61,870 bases of DNA from Ichthyobacteriaceae bacterium (lineage in GTDB: Bacteria > Bacteroidota > Bacteroidia > Flavobacteriales > JADGDT01): contig JADGDT010000003.1 in NCBI GenBank assembly GCA_016744755.1, forward strand, positions 16,548-78,417. Direction: 5' to 3'. Made by a program: the position numbers and the translations under genes. The notes under the pieces were generated by a model, which made no database searches, was not told the origin of the DNA, and saw only the letters and a program-made list of their open reading frames with translations. The first letter of the stretch is position 1. Each line of letters begins with the position of its first letter. Positions 19,930 through 30,824 of this stretch are shown here, piece after piece.

Positions 19930-20829
19930 CTACTCAATTTGTTCTTTAACCACTTCTAATCCTTCTTCAAAACTACGTGGGTTATATCCCAAAATACCCA
20001 TTGCTTTATTCAAAACAAACCCTGTAATTGGAGGTCGTTTTGCAGGTTGATTTAAAGTACTAGAAGGCACCTTTGTCATGTTTGACGTATTGAGATTCCA
20101 AAACTTACCAACACGCTCAACTAATTCGTAAATACTCATAAAATCTTTACCCGAAATATTAAATATTCCTGTTATTTCTTGATCTGCAGCAAGCATACAT
20201 CCATCGGCTAAATCTTCGGCTAATGTTGGAGTACGAAACTGGTCGTCTACAACATTTATAGGAGTTCCCTTTTCGAAAGCCCCTTTTGCCCAAAGTACAA
20301 TATTAGATCTACTCATATCGTCAACAATTCCAAAAACCAATACAGTTCTAAGAATAGCGGCTTTAACTTTAGAATTTAAAATTATTTGTTCGGCTTTAAG
20401 TTTAGTCATTCCATAAAAGCTCAAAGGATTTGCTTCGGCAGATTCGTTGTAAGGGCCATCTTTTCCGTCAAAGATAAAATCTGTAGATAGATGAACTAGA
20501 AAAATTTTATTCTTGATACAGGCATTAACAATAAACTCAACAGCTTGTACATTCAACAAGTCAGCCATATCTATTTCTGTTTCGCACTGATCTACATTGG
20601 TCATTGCTGCTGTGTTGATAACAACATCGGGGTTGACTGAAGATATTACATCATCAACATTTTTCTCATTAGTTATATCTAAACTTATAAATTCATATCC
20701 TTCTTTTACTTTAAGTCTATTATCTCCTCTTGCTGTTGCAATAATTTCGTGAGTTTTATCCTTAAGTAATTTATAAACCAACTTCTGACCTAATAGCCCG
20801 TTAGAACCTGTAATTAAAATTTTATTCAT
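19930..20829 (-). CDS. RmlD-like SDR (dTDP-4-dehydrorhamnose reductase family)
   Basis: ITGSNGLLG, AAMTNVD, STDFIFDG, YGMTK, DQFRTPT, AKRP. Confidence 0.9.
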   Translation of the reverse strand: MNKILITGSNGLLGQKLVYKLLKDKTHEIIATARGDNRLKVKEGYEFISLDITNEKNVDDVISSVNPDVVINTAAMTNVDQCETEIDMADLLNVQAVEFIVNACIKNKIFLVHLSTDFIFDGKDGPYNESAEANPLSFYGMTKLKAEQIILNSKVKAAILRTVLVFGIVDDMSRSNIVLWAKGAFEKGTPINVVDDQFRTPTLAEDLADGCMLAADQEITGIFNISGKDFMSIYELVERVGKFWNLNTSNMTKVPSSTLNQPAKRPPITGFVLNKAMGILGYNPRSFEEGLEVVKEQIE

Positions 20830-20847
20830 TTTTTATATCTACTGATA

Positions 20848-21864
20848 TTATTTTATTCCATACATTTCCTCCAGCATATCTATCTGAAAACTCTGTCCTA
20901 GAACTATTAATTTAGTGCCTGGAAGTAATTCTAAATCTCCTTCAGGATTAACGTGATAGTCTCCACCTTCTGATTTCAATCCAATTACTGTAACACCTGT
21001 TTTACGCCTTAAATCGAAATTTCTGATAGTAGCTTTTACACCTTCTACAGATATATCCTCTATAAGTACTTCTTTTATGTTAGTATGGTTTTTTCCATCT
21101 ACAGAAAGATTATCTAAAAACTCAACAACATCGGGTGTAACAACAAGAGATGCCATGTGCTCTCCTCCAATTTTTGTAGGCATAATTACATTTGTAGCTC
21201 CTGCAATTTTAAGTTTATCTCTAGAATTTTCATCAGCAGCTCTACTAATAATAGTTAGATCTGAGTTAAACTGACGACAAGACAAAACAACAAATACATT
21301 ATCTGAATCTCTTGGTAATGTTGTAATTACATGAGAAGCTCTATCAATACCTGCTTTTACCAGAAATTCATCTTCAACAGCATTACCTTCAATAAAAAGA
21401 ACATTGTCCATTTGAGAAAGGTCTTGAATCCTATCAGGGTCATTCTCTATAATTACAAATTTTCTATCGTAATCTATTAATTTCTGAACAGCTTGCTTAC
21501 CGTTTCTACCATAGCCACAAACAATTACATGTTCTGACAATTTGCTTATCTTTTTATACACCTGATTATGTTTATATTGAATTAAAAACTGACCATCTAC
21601 AATAAATTTAGTAACAATAGTGGCTGCATACATAAATGTACCTATACTAGAAAAAATCAAAAATATTGTAAATATTTTAGCTGCCGGATTTAAAGGGTCT
21701 ATAATATTAAACCCAACAGTTGATACTGTAATCACAGTCATAAATAATGCATCAACAAAATTATAATCGTCGATAAACATATAGCCTAAAATTCCCATAG
21801 TTATTATTGTAAACAATAACAATAGAGCTCGATAAATCTTAGAATTTATAAAAAAACTTCCCAC
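20848..21864 (-). CDS. Potassium channel protein with TrkA-N/TrkA-C domains
   Basis: Two TM helices with TVSTVGF filter; IVCGYGRNG. Confidence 0.92.
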   Translation of the reverse strand: MGSFFINSKIYRALLLLFTIITMGILGYMFIDDYNFVDALFMTVITVSTVGFNIIDPLNPAAKIFTIFLIFSSIGTFMYAATIVTKFIVDGQFLIQYKHNQVYKKISKLSEHVIVCGYGRNGKQAVQKLIDYDRKFVIIENDPDRIQDLSQMDNVLFIEGNAVEDEFLVKAGIDRASHVITTLPRDSDNVFVVLSCRQFNSDLTIISRAADENSRDKLKIAGATNVIMPTKIGGEHMASLVVTPDVVEFLDNLSVDGKNHTNIKEVLIEDISVEGVKATIRNFDLRRKTGVTVIGLKSEGGDYHVNPEGDLELLPGTKLIVLGQSFQIDMLEEMYGIK

Positions 21865-21870
21865 ACTAAA

Positions 21871-22110
21871 TTACAAATCAAAAACGCTAGTGCGTTTGGT
21901 TATTACCATATCTTTTAATTTTAACAAAAAAGCGAGAATTAAGTACAAACCTGAACTCAACCCTAAAGTAACAAAGGTTAGGTAAATAAAAAATAATCTG
22001 ACACTCGAAGGGCTCATTCCCAATCTATCGCCAAACCTACTACTTACTTCGAATCCTCTCTTCTCTAAGAAATATTTTAAAGGCAGTATAAACTTGTTGT
22101 ACATATTCAC
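21871..22110 (-). CDS. PspC-domain small membrane protein
   Basis: FEVSSRFGDRLGM...VRLFFIY, single TM. Confidence 0.8.
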   Translation of the reverse strand: MNMYNKFILPLKYFLEKRGFEVSSRFGDRLGMSPSSVRLFFIYLTFVTLGLSSGLYLILAFLLKLKDMVITKRTSVFDL

Positions 22111-22189
22111 ATTTTTATTAACGGCAATTTAGTAAATAGAAATGAAACTAATGTAAATAATCCTATAACAAAATCTTATAGTTCCATCT

Positions 22190-23464
22190 CTAGTTTCTCT
22201 CTAATACACGTTTACCAATTAAACAATCTAAACACTTATTTTTATCGCAATATTTATTCTTTAAATAAAGTAAAGCCTGACTCTCTTTTGCATTAGCAAC
22301 TTTCCAACCAACAGCCACAAATTCAGAAATTACTGTATTACTTTCCTTCTTTAATTTTTCTGCTAGGACTATGCTCTCTTCAACTTTATCAAAATCAGAA
22401 ATTGCTTTAAAATAAGCGAATCTTATGGGAATTATACTATTCATAATTATTAATTCAACAAAACTATCTGTTAACATCCTGCTACTTTTTTTACTTTCCG
22501 ATTTGAAATTGTAGTGAGTTTCCCAAAAAGGATTCACATCAATCTCGAAAAAAGATTTTACCTCTTCTATATTTTTACTTTTTATTATTTTTGAAAATAA
22601 ATTAGGATGCTTAGAGTAAACAGATGCTAGCTGTGCCATCCTAATTGTTGGAAAATTTGATGGTCTAGTTCTAAAAAATTTAAACTGAGAATTATTAATT
22701 GTATTTAATGAGTGTTTACTTTTTATAAACTTGTATTCATTTTTAAGATTGATGAAATATTCGCTCTCATGGTCTTCGTTTAAAAAACCTGCCTGACCAA
22801 AAAACAAAGCTTCAACAGAATTCTTATCACTAGATAAGTTTTGATGTATTTTGTAATCAAAAGAAGATGCAAAATTGGCAAAGGCTTCACCATTCAATTT
22901 CAATCCAAAAGAACGAGCAATAGTTCTAAACAAAACTTGCTCCCAATGTGATGCCGAGATATTTAGCTGATTATTTATGTTCTCTAACTTATTCTCTACT
23001 CTTTTAATAAAAATACTCTCAATCCAATTATCGTATTCAAAATTGTGGTTTAGGCAATTAGTGTTTGCACAGTGAAGAAATGATTTAGAAGGCTTTGTAA
23101 GAGAATTATAATTTTCGATTACTTTTTCCGAAACAAAGTTCTTTAATTCCAATACAGGTAGTGCATTCCCCAAAACCTCAATTTCCCTATCGTGATTAAA
23201 AACAACATGAAGAATTACATTATTGTAAGCCTTATCATTTTGATGTTTATGTCTTACCCAATCAGACGAATTAACATGAATCTCTACATTTCCAGCCCAA
23301 AGCTGATTGCCAATTCTAATTTTAGCATTAAAAAAATCAGGGCCAGAATCTAAGTTTATAGACCCAAAGGAAATTATTTCTAAATCTACATCATTAGTAG
23401 TTTTAAAGTTGAAGTTTGAAAACAACTTATATTTCCATACATAAACAAGGAGTTCTTCATTCAT
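22190..23464 (-). CDS. DUF2851 family protein
   Basis: GPDFFNAKI, WAGNVEIH, NVILHVV, RPSNFPTIR, C-terminal C..CLDC. Confidence 0.9.
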   Translation of the reverse strand: MNEELLVYVWKYKLFSNFNFKTTNDVDLEIISFGSINLDSGPDFFNAKIRIGNQLWAGNVEIHVNSSDWVRHKHQNDKAYNNVILHVVFNHDREIEVLGNALPVLELKNFVSEKVIENYNSLTKPSKSFLHCANTNCLNHNFEYDNWIESIFIKRVENKLENINNQLNISASHWEQVLFRTIARSFGLKLNGEAFANFASSFDYKIHQNLSSDKNSVEALFFGQAGFLNEDHESEYFINLKNEYKFIKSKHSLNTINNSQFKFFRTRPSNFPTIRMAQLASVYSKHPNLFSKIIKSKNIEEVKSFFEIDVNPFWETHYNFKSESKKSSRMLTDSFVELIIMNSIIPIRFAYFKAISDFDKVEESIVLAEKLKKESNTVISEFVAVGWKVANAKESQALLYLKNKYCDKNKCLDCLIGKRVLERN

Positions 23465-23641
23465 AGTTAGGTAATTGTTTTATCTAATTTAATGAATTTC
23501 AATCAGAATAAACTAGCATGACAAAAAAAATCACTTGAAAAATGCAAAGTATTATATCTCAAGATAATCTTACTACTCTAAAGAAATAATTTTATATTTT
23601 TGAGCATACTTATAAAACTAAAATAATTGTATTTTCGGCTT

Positions 23642-24619
23642 ATGAATTTATCTGTAGAATATTTAGGACTAAAATTAAAAAATCCAATAATAATTGGTAG
23701 TTGTGGACTTACATCTTCCTTATCAAAATTGCAATCTTTAGAAAAATCAGGAGCTGGAGCAATTGTTTTAAAGTCTCTTTTTGAAGAGCAAATAGAACAA
23801 GAGAACTGGCAGGAGCAAGAAAAAAACTCTCATGATTATCCTGAAATTGAAGATTACATCAAAGCATATTCTAGCGATAAGAGTTTTACAAAATATCTAG
23901 ATTTAATAAAATCTGCCAAACAGAATATTTCTATTCCTATAATTGCAAGTATCAACTGCCACACCGTTGGTAGTTGGATAGACTATGCAAAAAAAATGGA
24001 AGAAGCTGGTGCCGATGCTATAGAATTGAATGTATCTCTTCTGCCAAATGATTTTGAATTATCGGGAGCAGAAAACGAGAAAATATATTTCGATATAACA
24101 GCAAAAGTAAAAAAAGCAGTATCAATTCCTGTAGTTCTGAAAATGAGCAACTATTCTGCTGGTTTAGCAAAATTAATAAACGAGTTGAGCTGGACCAAAA
24201 ATGTAGATGCCTTTGTATTGTTTAACAGGTATTTCAGACCAGATATTGATATTGATACTCTAGAACTAAAAAGTAGTGGTATTTTTACTAACTCAGATGA
24301 TTTGGCAGAATCGCTACGTTGGATACTTTTCTTAAGTAAAAGAGTTAAAACTGACATCGTTGCTAGTACAGGTGTTCACACAGGTGCAGATGTTATAAAA
24401 CATATTTTATCGGGAGCCAAAGCTGTACAAGTTGTTTCTGCAGTTTACGAAAATGGCGAACAACATATTTCTACAATATTGAAAGATATTGAAACATGGA
24501 TGGAGAGTAAAAAATACAATTCAATAGAAGACTTTAAGGGAATTTTACATAAAAATGAAGAAATAAAAAAAGGATTTGAAAGAATCCAATTTATGAAATA
24601 TTACGGATCTATAGAATAA
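23642..24619 (+). CDS. Dihydroorotate dehydrogenase-like flavoprotein
   Basis: YLGLKLKNPII, GAIVLKSLFEEQI, ADAIELN, LFNRYFRPDID; lacks the canonical SCPN loop; ATG at 23642 preferred. Confidence 0.88.
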   Translation: MNLSVEYLGLKLKNPIIIGSCGLTSSLSKLQSLEKSGAGAIVLKSLFEEQIEQENWQEQEKNSHDYPEIEDYIKAYSSDKSFTKYLDLIKSAKQNISIPIIASINCHTVGSWIDYAKKMEEAGADAIELNVSLLPNDFELSGAENEKIYFDITAKVKKAVSIPVVLKMSNYSAGLAKLINELSWTKNVDAFVLFNRYFRPDIDIDTLELKSSGIFTNSDDLAESLRWILFLSKRVKTDIVASTGVHTGADVIKHILSGAKAVQVVSAVYENGEQHISTILKDIETWMESKKYNSIEDFKGILHKNEEIKKGFERIQFMKYYGSIE

Positions 24620-24623
24620 TAAA

Positions 24624-25445
24624 ATGTCTAAAAATAAAACACCCGAAGAAGTAAATAGCATTATTACAAATGTAATTAAGGTTTCTCCTATGATGCGAAT
24701 CATAAGAGTTAAACCCGGAGGATGGGATCTTCCAGAGTATAAATCTGGCCAATTTGTAGTTGTTGGATTGCCTCCAGAAATAGAGAGGTACGAGTTGTCT
24801 ACCGAAGAGTATAAAAAAACAAAACCAGATAAGTTTATAAAAAGAGCGTACTCTATTGCCTCCTCATCTACACAAGATTACGTTGAATTTTACATTACGG
24901 TAGTTCATTCGGGTTCTTTAACTCCACGGCTATTTTCGTTAGATATTGGAGATAAAATTTGGATGGGAAAAAAAGCAACTGGAATGTTTACTATAGATCA
25001 GGTTGATGACAATAAAAACATTATTCTTATTGCTACAGGAACTGGAATTGCACCTTACATGAGTATGCTAAGAGCTAATGCTTTGCACCGTAAAGGAAAG
25101 ATAATGATTATTCACGGCGCAGCAAATTCATGGGATTTAGGTTATCAATCGGAATTGGAATTATTAGATGTTATGATGCCTAATTTCACTTACTACCCTA
25201 CTATCACAAACCCTGATTTAGAAGCTGCAAAATGGAGTGGAGATACTAGATATATTGAGGATATATGGAAAGATAGCACAATTTCAGATAAAATGGGATT
25301 TAAACCTATACCCGAAAATTCTCATATTTTCTTATGTGGAAATCCTTTTATGATTGACAGTATGATAGAGGAAACGGCAAAAATTGGTTTTTCAGAATAC
25401 AACAAACGCAACCTTGAAGGACAATTACATTTCGAGAAATTTTAA
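24624..25445 (+). CDS. Ferredoxin--NADP+ reductase
   Basis: RAYSIAS, GSLTPRL, ATGTGIAPY, LCGNPFMI, terminal EKF. Confidence 0.92.
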   Translation: MSKNKTPEEVNSIITNVIKVSPMMRIIRVKPGGWDLPEYKSGQFVVVGLPPEIERYELSTEEYKKTKPDKFIKRAYSIASSSTQDYVEFYITVVHSGSLTPRLFSLDIGDKIWMGKKATGMFTIDQVDDNKNIILIATGTGIAPYMSMLRANALHRKGKIMIIHGAANSWDLGYQSELELLDVMMPNFTYYPTITNPDLEAAKWSGDTRYIEDIWKDSTISDKMGFKPIPENSHIFLCGNPFMIDSMIEETAKIGFSEYNKRNLEGQLHFEKF

Positions 25446-25456
25446 AAAAAATCACT

Positions 25457-25494
25457 AAAAAAGAGGAGATTAATCTAATAATTTCCTCTTTTTT
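25457..25494. terminator. Bidirectional terminator
   Basis: aaaaaagaggagatta...taatttcctctttttt between convergent genes. Confidence 0.65.
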
Positions 25495-25522
25495 AATACC
25501 CTAATTTTTCCTGTAATTAAAT

Positions 25523-25852
25523 CTACAACTCCGATTTAATTTTCAACAGTTCTTCTTTAATTCCTTCAAGTTTGGTTATCACCTCTTGTTTGTACTCCAA
25601 TTTATGTAGTTTCTTTTTGAAATAATCTTTTGCTCCTTCCAAAGTAAACCCTTGTTCTTTCACTAAAGAATAAATCAATTTAAGATTTTCTATATCCTTA
25701 GCCTCAAAACGTCTTTGTCCGCGTTTATCTTTTTTAGGATTAAGAATTTCAAATTCGCTCTGCCAATAACGTATCAAGGAAGTATTTACGTCAAAGGCTT
25801 TTGCAACTTCTCCTATGGTAAAATGATCTCTATTTGGTAATTTTAATATCAT
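25523..25852 (-). CDS. MerR family HTH protein
   Basis: FTIGEVA...SLIRYWQSEF, GFTLEGAK. Confidence 0.92.
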   Translation of the reverse strand: MILKLPNRDHFTIGEVAKAFDVNTSLIRYWQSEFEILNPKKDKRGQRRFEAKDIENLKLIYSLVKEQGFTLEGAKDYFKKKLHKLEYKQEVITKLEGIKEELLKIKSEL

Positions 25853-25944
25853 TTAAAATAAATTTACAACTATGCTAATATAAAAAAACAACGCTAATTT
25901 CTAACGAAAATAGCGCTGTATAATTTTTTATGAAAAATCAATTT

Positions 25945-26913
25945 TTAGTCCATAGATTGATTCTCTTCCTGAGACATTTTTAATAAAATATCATATTCCT
26001 CAGCTGTTAAGTCATTGTAATAATAATTAACAGGATTCATTACCTTTTTATTCTTATGAACTTCGTAGTGAAGGTGTGGCCCACTAGACATCCCCGTATT
26101 TCCAACATATCCTATTACTTCTCCACGTTTAACTTTATGTCCTTTTTTTACATTGAATTTGCTCATGTGGCCGTAAAGAGTTTCATACCCAAACCCGTGA
26201 TCAATAACAATATGTTTTCCATAACCTCCAGCACTAATCACTTTCCTCACTACACCATCGCCAGTAGCATATATAGGTGTCCCTATTTTTGCTGAAAAAT
26301 CCATACCTGCATGAAATTTTCTAATTTTTAATATTGGATGCATTCTCCAACCATATCCCGAAGCCATTCTTTTAAGATCCTTATTAGCTACAGGTTGAAT
26401 TGCAGGAATGTGTACAAATAATTTTTCTTTGTTTTCTGCTAGTGCAACAATATCATCTAATGATTTTGACTGTGTATACAACTGTTTTGAAAGAATATCT
26501 AGTTTCTTACTACTCTCTATTACCAACCCCGAATTATCGTAACCTTCTAATTCTTTATACCTATTAATACCTCCAAAACCAGAAGTACGTACAGCGCTAG
26601 AAATAGGTTCAGCCTCAAAATAAACCCTATACAGTTTATCATCTCTATCCTGTATGCCTTTCAAAACTTCCTCTGCTTGATCAACTTTACGATTTAGTAG
26701 ATCGTAATTCAACTTCATATTACTCAACTCTCTATTTAGAATCTTTTCTTTTGGACTCTCTACAAACTGACTAACAAGAACTAAAATCAACCCCCCAAAT
26801 AAAGCCGAGGCAAACAAGAATCTACCAGATTTTTTAATTTTATCCCACTTACCAACCTTTATGGGATGATACTTTAAAGTAGTAGAATCAAAGAAATATT
26901 TTAGTTTAGACAT
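25945..26913 (-). CDS. M23 family metallopeptidase
   Basis: HAGMDF, LYGHM, GPHLHYEV; N-terminal TM and coiled coil. Confidence 0.95.
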   Translation of the reverse strand: MSKLKYFFDSTTLKYHPIKVGKWDKIKKSGRFLFASALFGGLILVLVSQFVESPKEKILNRELSNMKLNYDLLNRKVDQAEEVLKGIQDRDDKLYRVYFEAEPISSAVRTSGFGGINRYKELEGYDNSGLVIESSKKLDILSKQLYTQSKSLDDIVALAENKEKLFVHIPAIQPVANKDLKRMASGYGWRMHPILKIRKFHAGMDFSAKIGTPIYATGDGVVRKVISAGGYGKHIVIDHGFGYETLYGHMSKFNVKKGHKVKRGEVIGYVGNTGMSSGPHLHYEVHKNKKVMNPVNYYYNDLTAEEYDILLKMSQEENQSMD

Positions 26914-27145
26914 AAGTCTTAGTTTTTTTCTATTTTTTCACGATGTTTGCACTATAAATATATGCAAAAGTGAAGCAAAGATAATAATTTCATACAAATC
27001 AATTATCACACTACTAACAAACCGTATATTTAAATCTTCAAGTGACTGTATTTCAACTTAATAGCAACATATTTGAAGTGTAAAAAAACAGTATATTTTG
27101 ATAATTTAGAGTTCCTAGCTACTTAGGACTAAAGAACTTTATTAC

Positions 27146-29752
27146 ATGAAAGCTCAAGAAATAAGAAAAACGTTTTTGGATTTCTTCCAAAAAAAACAAC
27201 ACCAGATAGTTTCATCTGCTCCTTTAGTGGTAAAAGATGACCCAACTTTAATGTTTATAAACGCCGGAATGAATCAGTTTAAAGATTTATTCTTAGGAAA
27301 TGGAATTCCAAAATCAAATAGAATTACCGATACTCAAAAATGTTTAAGAGTTTCTGGCAAGCACAACGATTTAGAAGAAGTTGGTGTAGATACTTACCAC
27401 CATACTTTATTCGAAATGTTGGGGAACTGGTCTTTTGGTGATTATTTCAAAGACGAAGCTATTGCTTGGGCATGGGAACTACTTACTGATGTTTACAAAA
27501 TTGATAAAAATAATCTCTACGTTACAGTTTTCGAAGGCGATAAAAAAGACGGAACTAAGTTCGATCAAGAAGCATTTGATTTATGGGCTAGACATATTGA
27601 TAAAGAAAGAATACTTAACGGTAACAAAAAAGATAACTTCTGGGAAATGGGTGCTCAAGGACCTTGTGGCCCATGTTCCGAAATTCATGTTGATATTCGT
27701 TCTGACGAAGAAAAAGCCAAAGTTTATGGTAAGGATTTAGTTAACATGGATCATCCTCAAGTAATTGAGATTTGGAACCTTGTTTTCATGCAATACAACC
27801 GTAAAGCTGATGGAGTATTAGAAGACCTTCCTGCTAAACATGTTGATACCGGTATGGGATTTGAGCGTTTAGCTATGGTTGTACAAGGAAAACAATCTAA
27901 CTACGAAACAGATATTTTCACTCCTATTATACAGGTAATAGACGAGTTTACTAGATTCCAGTTTGGAGATTCGGAAGAGGTAGATATTGCAATGCGAGTA
28001 ATTGCCGATCACATTAGAGCCGTGAGTTTTGCAATTGCCGATGGGCAACTACCATCAAACAATGGTGCAGGATATGTTATCAGACGTATTCTTAGAAGAG
28101 CATTACGTTATGGTTTCTCTACTCTTGACATCAAAAAACCATTTATGCACAAGTTAGTAGAGATTCTTGTATTGGAAATGGGAGATACTTTTCCAGAAAT
28201 ACGAAATCAGAAATCTATAATTAGAAATGTAATTAAAGAGGAAGAAATTTCTTTTTTAAGAACTCTAGAACTTGGATTAAAGAGAATAGATCAAATAGTT
28301 AAAGAAGTAAAAACAAATATTGTTGATGGGCCTAGAGCATTTGAGCTTTACGATACTTACGGATTTCCTATTGATTTAACGGCTCTTATACTTAAAGAAA
28401 ATAATCTTGAGCTAGACATTGAAGGTTTTAATACTGAGATGGCAAAGCAAAAAGAACGTTCTAGATCAGCTTCTAAAATTGACACTGAAGATTGGGTCAT
28501 TTTAAGTGACGATAAAGAAACTGAGTTTGTAGGGCTAGATTCTTTAGAGGCTGTGGTTACTATTTCTAAATACAGAAAAGTGAAATCTAAAAAAGACACT
28601 TTTTATCAGCTAGTACTAAATAAAACTCCATTTTATCCAGAGGGCGGCGGACAAGTAGGAGATAAAGGTGTTTTAGATTTAGGTAAAAAAACAATTTATA
28701 TTGAAGACACCAAAAAGGAAAACAATCTTATAGTACACTATACAAAGGAACTTCCTAAGAATTTAGACGATAAATTTATTGCTAGAGTAAACAAGGATTT
28801 AAGAGATCAAACAGCATCTAATCATTCTGCAACTCACTTGCTACACCACGTATTGCGCAAAGTATTGGGCGAACATGTAGAGCAGAAAGGTTCTCATGTA
28901 TCTCCAAATTCTTTACGCTTCGATTTCTCACATTACACTAAACTTACCGAAGAAGAAATTACTGAGATTGAGAAGCAAGTTCACAGCTTAGCTCAAGCAC
29001 GTATTCCACTAGATGAAAATAGAGAAGCTACTACTAAACAAGCAATTGCCGATGGTGCTATTGCTCTTTTTGGGGAGAAGTATGGAGATAAGGTAAGAAC
29101 TATTCGTTTTGGAGATTCTATAGAACTTTGTGGAGGTACTCACGTAAAAAATACTAGCGAAATATGGACTTTAAAAATAATTTCTGAAACAGCTATTGCT
29201 TCAGGAATTAGAAGAATTGAAGCCGTTACATCAATTAAAGCAAGAGAGTATTACAGGTCTCAGATTTTATTGCTAGAGAATATTAAACGTTCTCTTAAGA
29301 GTAAAACTGATCCTGTTAAATCTATTATTAGCCTTCAAGATGAAAATTATAAACTTAAGAAGCAAGTTGAAGAATTAATAAAAGAAAAAGCTGGTTCGCT
29401 TAAGAAAAATCTTAAAAATAATATCGTCGAAATAAATGGAACTAGATTTATTTCAGCTAAACTAGATTTAGATGCCAATTCAATAAAAACACTTGCTTTT
29501 GAAATAAATGGAGAAGAAAAAAATCTACTTCAAGTTTATGGAGCCGATGTAAACGGAAAAGCTATACTTACAATAATGATTTCTAAAACAGTTGCCGAAG
29601 AGAAAGGTCTTAATGCCGGTGTCATGATTAGAGAGCTTGGGAAGGAAATTCAAGGCGGCGGAGGTGGTCAAGCATTCTTTGCTACGGCTGGAGGTAAAAA
29701 TCCTGCAGGAATTGAATCTGCTATTGAAAAAGCTAAAGAATACATTAAATAG
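27146..29752 (+). CDS. alaS: Alanine--tRNA ligase
   Basis: [50 protein letters not shown]. Confidence 0.99.
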   Translation: MKAQEIRKTFLDFFQKKQHQIVSSAPLVVKDDPTLMFINAGMNQFKDLFLGNGIPKSNRITDTQKCLRVSGKHNDLEEVGVDTYHHTLFEMLGNWSFGDYFKDEAIAWAWELLTDVYKIDKNNLYVTVFEGDKKDGTKFDQEAFDLWARHIDKERILNGNKKDNFWEMGAQGPCGPCSEIHVDIRSDEEKAKVYGKDLVNMDHPQVIEIWNLVFMQYNRKADGVLEDLPAKHVDTGMGFERLAMVVQGKQSNYETDIFTPIIQVIDEFTRFQFGDSEEVDIAMRVIADHIRAVSFAIADGQLPSNNGAGYVIRRILRRALRYGFSTLDIKKPFMHKLVEILVLEMGDTFPEIRNQKSIIRNVIKEEEISFLRTLELGLKRIDQIVKEVKTNIVDGPRAFELYDTYGFPIDLTALILKENNLELDIEGFNTEMAKQKERSRSASKIDTEDWVILSDDKETEFVGLDSLEAVVTISKYRKVKSKKDTFYQLVLNKTPFYPEGGGQVGDKGVLDLGKKTIYIEDTKKENNLIVHYTKELPKNLDDKFIARVNKDLRDQTASNHSATHLLHHVLRKVLGEHVEQKGSHVSPNSLRFDFSHYTKLTEEEITEIEKQVHSLAQARIPLDENREATTKQAIADGAIALFGEKYGDKVRTIRFGDSIELCGGTHVKNTSEIWTLKIISETAIASGIRRIEAVTSIKAREYYRSQILLLENIKRSLKSKTDPVKSIISLQDENYKLKKQVEELIKEKAGSLKKNLKNNIVEINGTRFISAKLDLDANSIKTLAFEINGEEKNLLQVYGADVNGKAILTIMISKTVAEEKGLNAGVMIRELGKEIQGGGGGQAFFATAGGKNPAGIESAIEKAKEYIK

Positions 29753-29758
29753 TTGAAA

Positions 29759-29814
29759 AACTTTATATCAATAAAAAAGAGGCTATAGAGCCTCTTTTTT
29801 ATTGATATAAAGTT
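29759..29814. terminator. Long perfect bidirectional terminator hairpin
   Basis: 26-bp arms (aactttatatcaataaaaaagaggct and its reverse complement) with atag loop, between convergent genes. Confidence 0.85.
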
Positions 29815-29856
29815 AAGTTCTAATGAGTAGTCCCCTAAAACTATCGTTGATCAGTT

Positions 29857-30246
29857 CTAATTCAAACTAGTTAATAAAGCTACATACTCATCTCCATCAA
29901 AACTGTAATAAATAGTAACCTCATCGTAACTATAATTAGATGTGCCACTTCCACTAACTTTATATCCGTCAACTTCAGTATTTTTAAGAATAAGGTCATT
30001 CCCTTCTACTTTAAAAACAGATCCCTTTCCGAGGTTAAAGAAATTAATCATTCTAATCTCATTTTCGTTAATCCTATCTATAATTACACCATTTACATCT
30101 GTTGTCTTAGCTAAATTGTAATTATTTGTCCAGGATCCTACATACAAACTAGCAATATCTTCATCTAAAGAATTATCATCAACGGCACAAGATGTAAAAC
30201 TTGCAATCATAAATATTATCAATATCCTATTTAGTGTTTTTTTCAT
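29857..30246 (-). CDS. Hypothetical lipoprotein
   Basis: Lipobox FTSC followed by acidic residues. Confidence 0.75.
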   Translation of the reverse strand: MKKTLNRILIIFMIASFTSCAVDDNSLDEDIASLYVGSWTNNYNLAKTTDVNGVIIDRINENEIRMINFFNLGKGSVFKVEGNDLILKNTEVDGYKVSGSGTSNYSYDEVTIYYSFDGDEYVALLTSLN

Positions 30247-30697
30247 TTTGAAATCATTTTTTGGTTTTTACTCAATTTTCAATATAGAACAAACATATAT
30301 AAAAAACATTGTTTTATTAAATTCCAAAGCCTTTAACATTTAATGAAAATTAGATAACATATTTTAAAGAATTTTATAAAAATTTGACTGCATAATTATC
30401 TATATAGTTAAACTTTTATATCACAAAAAGTAAATTTAGGAAACTTTATCTTTTTTTATGTCTTAAAACATATTTAAAACATGGTATATGTCATTATAAA
30501 AAATGTTCTTGCACTTGTTTTTCTCTTGAGTAAATCTAAATAATTAAATTATATGTTTTTTAACATATTTAGTGTAGATTTTTATCAGTACTAACGAAAG
30601 ATAGAAACATTCTAAATAAGATAAATTACTTGTTATTTACTGATTATTAGATACTTAATAAATTTAGTTTGAAAAAAAAGTCAATTACACAGGTAAA

Positions 30698-30777
30698 AGT
30701 GATTATTATCACAGTCTCAACTTTACAATGTAAATATTTTTATATAGAAATAAATAAGTATCTAATTAAGATACTTA
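30698..30777 (+). promoter_or_regulatory. Candidate regulator sites upstream of the psr operon
   Basis: AGTGA-N6-TCACA (30698-30713, CRP/FNR-like) and palindrome TAAGTATCT-N5-AGATACTTA (30755-30777). Confidence 0.4.
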
Positions 30778-30824
30778 ATATTTCAAAAAAGCAAAATTAA
30801 CATCAGAATTAAAACACCGAACTG

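Noticed and set aside
29759..29814. Long perfect palindrome as a mobile-element end
   Set aside because: Its position between convergent genes with A/T runs on both sides is adequately explained as a bidirectional terminator
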